Source: Phoronis australis (Eukaryota > Animalia > Phoronida). Taken from it: 64,000 nucleotides of DNA. The notes under the pieces are model-generated. The model made no database searches and had not been told where the DNA came from. It was given only the letters and a program-made list of their open reading frames with translations. Positions 54,978 to 64,000 of this stretch are shown piece by piece; position 1 is the first letter of the stretch; each line of letters starts with the position of its first letter. Position numbers and translations under genes: made by a program. The DNA is taken from the NCBI GenBank assembly GCA_002633005.1, contig NMRA01000178.1, forward strand, positions 193,395-257,394. The letters are read 5' to 3'.

Positions 54978-57401
54978 CCGTAAATGTTCGGGTTAACGCC
55001 CTGGGCGGTTAAATTGGCAGAGCTGCAGTGCGCAGACAACCAGTAGCAATAACTTGGATTGCAACTATTCTCACGCGATGACACTTTAGAAGTGCGCGCG
55101 TGCGAGGTTCACGTGTTGCAGAGGTCACAGCAGATGTCAAATTTATGGTGCTAGCTGTCAAGTTCCGAGTCAAAGACCAGTTTTAAAATTGATGATGTAA
55201 TAAAAGTTTGAAAAACAAATTCATGTCTTTTTGTGTTTTTGATGTTTATGTTGGAGATTAGATTAGATTAGATTAGACTCCGTGACTCATTTTCAATGTA
55301 TGGTTCTGCAGCTAGCTGTTTTATCTCGACTGCCCGGCATTGCCCTCTTCCAATTGCGTGAAACATGCCTCGCAAAGAACATGAGAATCGGGGGTGAGCG
55401 GACATGAGCCAGTCGTCAATCAAAAGTTACCGCAAAGGCATTACTCAAAAACAGGCATTTTCTTAAGATTTTATTTTAAAATTCCTAACACTATGACTGG
55501 GTATGAGTCTAGTGAGCACGTACAGTAGAGTCCAAGGAAAAAATTACCAGTTCGTACACGTATCTACGTCGATCAATAAATAACGTAGCCCCAATTCTTC
55601 GGGTAACCGGCATCCGTGGTTTGCGCGGCTATACGACTAAATTAGTGAAGAGCTTCAAACAGCAACGTGTCCTTTCCGAGTCAGTGTTTTGCAACCGAGA
55701 CTGCGCGCTCGGCATAATGAACTGCAGGTTGCATTGGCGACCTGAAATTTGGAAATGTGAGCCGATATTATAGACGTCTTTTACCTGCCACCGGAAAATT
55801 CCAACCTATGCGAGCCGTTTTTTTTGTGGGGGGGGTTAAAGTAGATAGGCCTATCTGGAAAACGTAAAGCAACTCGAAAAACACATTTATTTTACACGCA
55901 ATATGTACAGATTGTCCTATTATAATATCACCTACGGCAATATCACACTGCGACACTGGTCGGTCCCGCTGTTTTTGCACAATATGCTGTCACTAGACTT
56001 GGAAATGCCGTCAAGTAATTTAACAGCCTCTTTCAATATGAGTCTTGTTTTTATGTGACAAAAGACAGCGGCTGGATTCAGCACGCACGTACGTATGAGT
56101 CACCTGTCAATTACATATGTTGTTGTCAAGGTAACATGCACTCCAGAGTGTGGGAACTTACACGTGTGTACCACTTCAGAGATCGCACATCAAAAGAGAA
56201 CAGCGACAGCCCTACGTAAAGGAGTACACAGACTATACTTTTAAGCTGTTGTTACAAAAAACCCAGTGTTTTACGATATTCCTCCGTTCCAATGACCCAA
56301 AACTATGATGTCAAGTCTGTTCCAATATTTGCCGGCTCGATGATCCCTGGACCCGATGTTCCATGCCCGTAGCTAGCTGCGTGCACGTCATTACCACTGT
56401 CGCCAATTTTCAATCAGTTACGTCGTAGATGTCTCAGACTCGAATGGTACGAATTTTGTTCAGGCTGAAACTGCCCAATGTAGAAATAAAAATATTCAGG
56501 AAGCTAAAAGGCTTGGCGAATACGATAATTCACAGTTACGCCTGCCGCAGAAATTGTACTGTAAAGAAGTGCCAGCGACTTTGGCGGAATCTTCTAACGC
56601 CAACTTGTCTGAGAAGCAGTAAGCAAAAAACAAAATTTGACTTGCAGTTTTTTATTTCTTCAAGGTGATACACAAACATCCAGTAACGTGTTGCCAAACT
56701 TTAAATTCAGACATTGAGAGACAGCAAATCGGCCAGCAAGGTACATTGTCCATTCGGTCGCTACACATCCTCGATAACCTGGCAATTACACTCATCAAAA
56801 TCGGGAGAATTTGAATCTTTTCTTGAGTTCTGGAAATCCTAGATACGAGAGCTTAATTCCTACCAAAAGCGACTTGGAAGGGTTGGCAAAACCACTGTCA
56901 CATTTCTCAGGCCGATTTTTTTCGAATACATGTTTTGTGTAGTGCACTGCAGACAGAAGTTCAGCGCGGCAGACCGCGTCGCTAAAAGCGTAGGCATTGA
57001 AGCCGGCGGGGTTCTTTAACTTTTTGAACATGGGAAGAAAATAAAGTGACAAAACGTTCAAGTATTATATTTTGAAGTAAATTCATGACCCGAGACAAGA
57101 ATTCATTACTTGTATTATAGTTCACATTGCCAAACTGCCGGCTCGGAGGCTGTTGTTGCACTCTAGTTGTGATCATGGATCTAAAAGTGGGGAATCGCGC
57201 GTTTGCATAGCACTGAGCGCTAAATCTTCAATCTTTAAAAGTCGGGGATGGGCGCTTAACCGAGAGGTTGGCGCTTATCTGGAAATCTTCAAAAATCGCA
57301 GATGGGCGGTAAACCGAGCAGTGGGTGGTTAACTCGAAAATCCACCTAAAGTAGGGGGTGGGCGGTTAACTGAGCATGGGTGTTAACCCGAAAGTTTACG
57401 G
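54978..57401. mobile_element. Non-autonomous TA-flanked TIR element (~2.4 kb), same family as 51477-52904
   Basis: TA-CCGTAAATGTTCGGGTTAACGCCC ... GGGTGTTAACCCGAAAGTTTACGG-TA, with subterminal gggcggttaa repeats. Confidence 0.75.
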
Positions 57402-60400
57402 TAATACCACCACAGAAAGAGCTGGAGACATACACAGTGGGACACAGCAGGTGTGAAATACTACAAAGAATGACAAATGGAGGGGTAACAGGAAGGTCAC
57501 GTAAACAAGTGTAGCGTGTGGCGTGACCCTGTTTGCTGCTCATTCAAGACACGCTTCTTCAATGCAATCAAAGGGACTCTAATACTTTGAATCGCAGCAC
57601 ATCATGTTCCACGTACTGAGTTGACATGTTCTCCATAATTTCTTGACGGGTGATTTTACGAGGATACCAACGAAACTGAATAAAGATTGTTAATTACGAC
57701 ACGTGTCGTGTATTCAACCAATTTAAATTTTTATTACATCGGATGCATTATTTTCACTGCACAGGACCAAAACTAATTACCATATGTTTTATAATTATTA
57801 TTTTATAATAGCGATTTGAAATTCACATGAACCAGGTAGCCAAAGTACTTGCACTTGAAACCCGATAAACATGCCTCACCTACACGAGCTCACAGCAGGC
57901 CCTGGGGTTTATTAGGGCCACGGCAGTATAAATGGGCTCAGCTGACATAGTTCATGTCTCGACAAAATGAACTGTGGGTTTTGTCTTGACAAAATGTACT
58001 GTGTGGATTTTGTCTCATGAGGCGAACGACTCACTTGTTTGATTTCCTTTTCCTGGAAAGTGCAAATTCCTTACAGCATACATGGTTAGCCACTTGGGTC
58101 AGTAGCCAATGAAAATAAAGTATTACATCACCTGACATCATCAAGTCTTTGTGGCTGGCTCACTGTAACCATGCCATTTGTGTGGGTAATGAGGGTGTGA
58201 GGTAAATGTCACTGGAGGTTCATAGTACAGGTACAGTAGTAGCTATCAGTCTGCACTGGTAGTTATTGCTCCTTACATTTCATTTAAGAATGGAAATTAC
58301 TGTGTGGTTTCTGTTATGTGTTGGACCCTTTAGAATTATGGCCAAATGTGGCCGACTTTCGAACGTTGTATCTCAGAAATGGACTATCGTATGCATGTTA
58401 CACTTTCAGATACAATACTTCACTGTTCTCAAAAATGCTGTTAGGAATTTTTTTTAAAAATTTCACTTTTATAGGAGCTATCAAAAATAGCACTTTTATG
58501 GTTTTGTGAAACTGTTTGAAGTTGCATAAAATGAAAACAAATTGATATTATAAAAAATTTTAAAGTTGTTTTGATATCTCACCTTGAACACGTACATCTT
58601 TGATCATTTTATTAATACTGTTGTTTTGCTTTCAAGTTTCTTTTTCACTAAATTTTACTAAAAACATGGTCACATGACCCAATTCGTAACAGATTAGTAA
58701 AAAGTCAAAAATCAATTTCTAGAGGCTTTATACTTTCAGAAAATATATACTTTTATTGATTTAAGTTTGGATAAGGTACAACATATTAAACATACAGAGA
58801 TGTCAAATCACCCCTCAGACTGTTACTGATCTGTTCAGCCGGTTAGTGTCTGTCATCCATTCACCAACACAAACTGCCTGCAGTTGCCAGTAATAATGTT
58901 AGTGACAACACTGAGCATTATATAGGCCTGCACAATGTAAACAAATAAACCCGGTCATTGGTTTTTGTATCATTTCTGTCTTATCTGTTACTTTTCAGAT
59001 TTCAATTTGATTTGTCAGCAAAAAAATCGTTATAAAATTGGTACTGACTGCAATCACATTCAATTGGTCTCCTCAGAGAGTTTAATTTGCTCTTGTGACA
59101 ATCTCCTAACAAGCTTTGATCCAGATGAGATAGCTTTTAATACTCACTTTTGGAGCCTTAGGGGACTCGATGTATATAAAGTGTTCCTTTTGTTCATGGT
59201 ACTCTACATTGTGGCAATTTAGGTTAACTTGATAATTATGGAAAATAATCATAATTCATTGACATCAATCGAAGTAGAATGGATATGTTTGTAAAGAAGG
59301 TAAAATTTTCAACAAATTCTATACAGCTTGATTGTCTAAATTCTTAAAATGAACTTGATGACAATAAATGTTTTGTTAATCACCGGCAATTGTCAAGTTG
59401 CTTTTACTACAGTCACTTTGATTTGTTCTGGCTCCTACTGTAGATAATTTGATTTATAGTAATATGTCACAGTTATTGTTTACTTTGTATAATTTGGAAA
59501 TTTAGGCCAAGGGAAATTGTGTGATCTATTTTGGGCAATGTTTTTTTATGTTGATGTGGTGATTTGGCATTTTTAGTTTTCATAAAGAAAAAGTCATCAA
59601 GATAGCTGAAATGGCTCAGGGTCCTTCTTTTTTGTACGTTCTCAGTGCCACCTGGTGGCTGTGAGGAGGTGCTGCCTTCACAATGAGTTGACCCAGCTGC
59701 GAGAAACAGTTACGCTTTTGGTTAGGTTTTAGCATGGCCAAATTTTTTAAATGCACTTATTCCTCAATAACGTACTTTTGCCTTTTAGAGTCATGAAATT
59801 TATTGAAACCACCAGCTTTTGGTCTCATCTCGAGACCTTCATCGGGTGGAATGGCTGGTAACTTGAGCCTCGCCCATGTCTGCTACGTCACCGTTGTCAT
59901 GAGGTCTTGAGATAGTAGCCAAAGCTAGTGGTTTCATGACTCTGAACCATCACTTTACATTATTCAATCCTAATGGTCAGTCAGTGACATGAACATTCAT
60001 TCGACTATAATTACACCTGACGTTTAATGATTTTTGGACACAGTAAAAGCGGTCTGTCTTATTTCAAAAGGGAAATGAATATTTCATCAAACAATTTTGC
60101 TTCGTGCTAATGATTTTATCGGATTAATGGCCGAAAAATGATAAGGATAATTTCTGGATGAGATAGACTTTTTGAAATTATTAGCTTTGAACTGGAGCTA
60201 GAACAAGAAAATCCATTGTGTTTTTGTGAATTATTACATGATCTTACATGACGCTGGGCATCTGGCTGAAATTGAGACTGGTGAATCTGCAAGTTCGATA
60301 TTCTTAAAATATTCTGTCATTTATTGTGATTAAAAGGTTTCCAGGTCTGCTGATTTCAGATAATTATTGTTCTCACTGATAATGCCTCTTTAACAAACAT

Positions 60401-61692
60401 CTCTTGCATTGCATAGTTTAGGGTCACACTCAAGGTCCGAAAAAGTGGAAAACGAGACAAAAGCCCACTAAAAAGGCAGGAACTACCAAATTTCGCACGC
60501 ATGCTTTGCACAACAAATACTATGGTATCTTGTATATCTAGATCATGTATTGACAGCAGTAGTATGATAATTTTATGTTAATGGCTTCACGCAATCACTT
60601 GTAAGACAATCACCTTTGCTGATACTAGGTTGGATGATCTTGTGACAAGCATTCTTTCTTCTATATCAAGACATTTTTGTCTTGAACATGTCTATTGCAT
60701 GTTATCTGCTTTAGCACTTCCACGGTGCTGACGTCAAAATACATATCGGTAAAAATTCACCAATTTAGAACTGTGATAAATTATTTTGCTCAGTCTCGGA
60801 GCTTGGTCCCAAATTCTTGACAATATTGGCCGTTCCAAATTCAAGAATCACTGGACAGATAGCATAATTACCCACTCGACTTGCAGATTGAAACGCATTG
60901 TCTGAAATTTGAGAATATGGTGTACGCCAAAATCACTCTTGTTCCAATTTCCACAATCAAGAAATTCGATTTTCCTATGCTGTGAATAATACGCTTACAA
61001 GGAAAACATGCATTTCTAAAGATATGCTAGAATTTTCACTGCGGCTTTTGATAGGATCAAAGCGAGCCTGGCACCAGAGTCGGACACAGTGAATGTGTTG
61101 ACCGCAATGTGCGATGCGAGCAATACCCAAAATAAACTGGCCATAAATTGTGAAACATCTCTGCCTGTACATGTTGGCGAATGCATAAAGCAGTAATTTG
61201 TATTGAGACATTTGGTAAATAGCTTTGCATTAATTAAAGAGGCGATGACAATTTGTTCGTTTTCAGATTGAATATGATGATGTGCATTCTACCTAGTGGC
61301 CATTTTTCTTATTTTTTGGTCTGTTTTTGGCATCTGCCTCTATATCAGCCAAACCACATTAAGGATGATTATGAAAATTGGCATATATGTTCCTATATGG
61401 ACAGGGGACGGATGGCGATGATTTCCTGACAGCTCTGATTACTGTGGCACCTCCTCAGGTGGCATATTTTCTTTTTCGTCCTTGGCTTTATTTGACCTTA
61501 ACCCTCTGCAGGCTCCTTGTTAAATTTGACAAGTGTATTTGTAGGAAGGTTAAACAGATGGTGACTGACCTTTCAAACAGATTCGACTACTGCTCTGACC
61601 CCTAGTTTTCCTCTGTATCCTTGGAGTTGCTAGACATATTTTTATGAAATTTGGCAAATAGGTTTTCATTAAAAGATGCAATGACACCTTAA

Positions 61693-61827
61693 ATTTTCAG
61701 ATAGTATACGATCTCCTAGTAGCCATTTTCAGATAGTATACGATCTCCTAGTGGCCATTTTCAGATAGTATACGATCTCCTAGTGGCCATTTTCAGATAG
61801 TATACGATCTCCTAGTGGCCATTTTCA
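61693..61827. repeat. 32-bp tandem repeat x4 inside a degenerate satellite-bearing (Helentron/HINE-like) repeat, related to ~7190-7500
   Basis: Unit attttcagatagtatacgatctcctagtggcc; flanks gaaatttggcaaa...gcaatgacac...ttttcagat also occur at 7218-7315 and 61210-61310. Confidence 0.7.
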
Positions 61828-62777
61828 TTATTTTTTTAGTCTGTTTTGACATCCATCTTAATTGGCCAAATCACTCTAAGAATGTTCTAGAAATTGGCAA
61901 GAGAACAGCATGAGTATCAATGTTTTTTGTACAAGTTTGGCTACTTTGGCGCTCCAATAGCTTTTCTGCTTTTTTTTGTATCCACAGCTCGTTGCTTTTC
62001 TGCACAGTTATGTTGTAAACACCACGCCTAACACTAACTGATATTTTAAAAGTACTATTTCCAAACAACATGCATCAAATGTGAAGATGTGTTATTTATG
62101 AACACCAAAAAACTACAAATGGTGAAGAATGGGTGATTTTCAGAGAAATTGGAATTATCTTTCAACTGCAGTTTCCTTTGTGTGACTGTAAGCTCTGACC
62201 CACTCACTACCACTGCATTATTGGTACGTACAATAGGCTTTGTCAAATTTAGTAGAATGTGCTAGATTGTGATGTTCGAAATTTCTTGATTTTAACAGTC
62301 TAGGCCAATGGTACGTTACGTGTTTTTTCCAAACCCCTGCAGGACCTTTATGAAATTTGACAAGTGTATTCCTATGAATGTGACGGTGGATGGCAACGGG
62401 TTTTGAACTTGTCCCCTTAAGTGCACCTTTAATTTTTTATGATCTTGGCAATATGCTCCTTTGAGGAGTCAGCATTGCTGACTATCCATGTGCCACATGT
62501 AGGCTATTTTATTTTATCCAGGATTTATTGGCTCCCTTCAGTGGTACTGTTTGAAATAGCAATCATTCCTTCAATCTGTAATATATGCGATGTACACGAT
62601 GGGCGCATATTATCGCTCTGCGTTGGTCTTGTTCTGTAGTTTGATTGTGCCCCATGAGAGGGCTCTCAGATGTACTGGTCTCCCCTGTATCATGATGTGT
62701 AAATTTACACTATGGTCACAGCTCGGATGACGTGCAGGGAGTTACTCATGTCTAATTATTGTGTTTCAGTTTTCACC

Positions 62778-62865
62778 ATGCAGTCTGTTGAAGAACAGGT
62801 TAATAGTCTACTCAGTGGTCAAGCTCTGGACCATACAGAGGTGGACATTATTAGTAAAGAGAAAG
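62778..62865 (+). CDS. Putative first coding exon of the divergent gene (MQSVEEQVNSLLSGQALDHTEVDIISKEK+G); possibly a SET-domain (SMYD-like) protein, 3'-partial
   Basis: Acceptor gtgtttcag at 62769, Kozak-like CACCATG, donor AAG|GTAGGC at 62865/62866. EVDIISKEKG resembles the strand preceding GRGLFA in SET/SMYD proteins, but this is a weak inference. Confidence 0.45.
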
Positions 62866-64000
62866 GTAGGCCTACAGTCTGGTCAGCACCTGGTGACCAT
62901 AGTCATAGTTTAATTGTAGGATCAAAACAGTTACAAATTAAGATGTGCTTAAGGTGAGCATGAAAGAACCAAATACGGTAAGGATATTTTTTGTATAAGA
63001 AAAATATCATTTTTTCGCGATCCTGGGTAGTTTCAATGTTTAGTGGTTGGTTTCTCCCTCCACAAGAAGCAATTCATGTTCAATTTTGTAGTAGTCTGAT
63101 ATAACGTGCCGGCACTTTGAGAACCAGTTTTCTCAACTGAATGACACGGGCATCAACTGCCTGATTCTCAAAATACTGGCTCATAATTATCAGATTATTG
63201 CCTTTGACTTAAATGTTTACGTTCAAGTCTTTCATTATTTAGTGGTTGGTTGATCCTCCACAAGTTCTAGCGATTGATGTTTGATTAGGTAAAATAAGTC
63301 TGATATAACGTGCCCGCATTTTGAGAATCAGTTTTCTCCACTGAATAATGGACCATGATTCTCAAAATACGGGCATGTCATATCAGACTATTGCCTTTGA
63401 TTTTGATGTTTACATCCAAGTTATTCATAGGATGGAATTATATAAATGGGAGGTTTTGGAACAACTAGCTCTTGTACTAAGTTAAAAGAAAACCAGCAAT
63501 TACCATTTAATTACGTTTAATAATATCATACTTGACTTCAACTCAGATTGTTTTCTTCACTGTGCCACAAAACTAGAATTTCCTAGACTTTACCGATATT
63601 CTTAAACCTCTTCCTGGCATTATGAAGAAGGTAGTTTCTTCAGGGGAGTTGTTGTCCTGAGCTCCCTCCAGTTGTAGAAACACTGCGATGCCCTCTGGTG
63701 TTCTTCACGGGGATCTTCCTCAAGCCAGTGGACTAGAAATCTGATAATGCATTGATGGACTGATGATGGATTATAATTGAAAAACAATCTATTACTTAAT
63801 GCCCAACTGCTAGTGTCAGTCGAGGTGCAATGACACTGCGTGGGTGACAGAAATCGGAGGGAACCTTAGCCTTCTTTGACTTGAGTAATTATTGAAGTGT
63901 TTTGGTGTCATAGGGCTCTAAGGAGTTTAAATATTTTGCAGTTACCCGTTACTTTTCAATTTGAATAGTATTTGAGGTTACTATGAAGTGTGCTGCTTCA

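Overview
AT-rich, intron-rich animal genomic DNA; the repeat landscape suggests a marine invertebrate, probably a lophotrochozoan (inference). Three genes can be built by hand from GT-AG junctions. (1) Coding exons 2-6 of an R-Ras2/TC21-like small GTPase (+, 12264-16545); exon 1 was not found in the window. (2) A nearly intronless Fe(II)/2-oxoglutarate dioxygenase of the PhyH family with a microbial look (+, 25964-27151). (3) A complete coatomer subunit beta gene, COPB1 (-, 45309-27901; 21 coding exons, 958 aa). A CpG-rich bidirectional promoter at about 47.2-47.6 kb probably also drives a divergent gene whose first coding exon may be at 62778-62865. A COPB1 intron holds an internally deleted Kolobok DNA transposon (TTAA TSD, ~158-bp TIRs, THAP ORF, convergent KolX/P2X7-ballast-like remnant). 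The rest is MITEs, minisatellites and two duplications flanking single N bases that look like assembly artefacts. Most notable: tandem arrays seeded from COPB1 splice junctions, which create decoy donor and acceptor sites; the HGT-candidate dioxygenase lying inside the RRAS2-COPB1 gene pair, with its poly(A) signal crossing that of COPB1; and a Kolobok terminus forming part of a COPB1 3' splice site.
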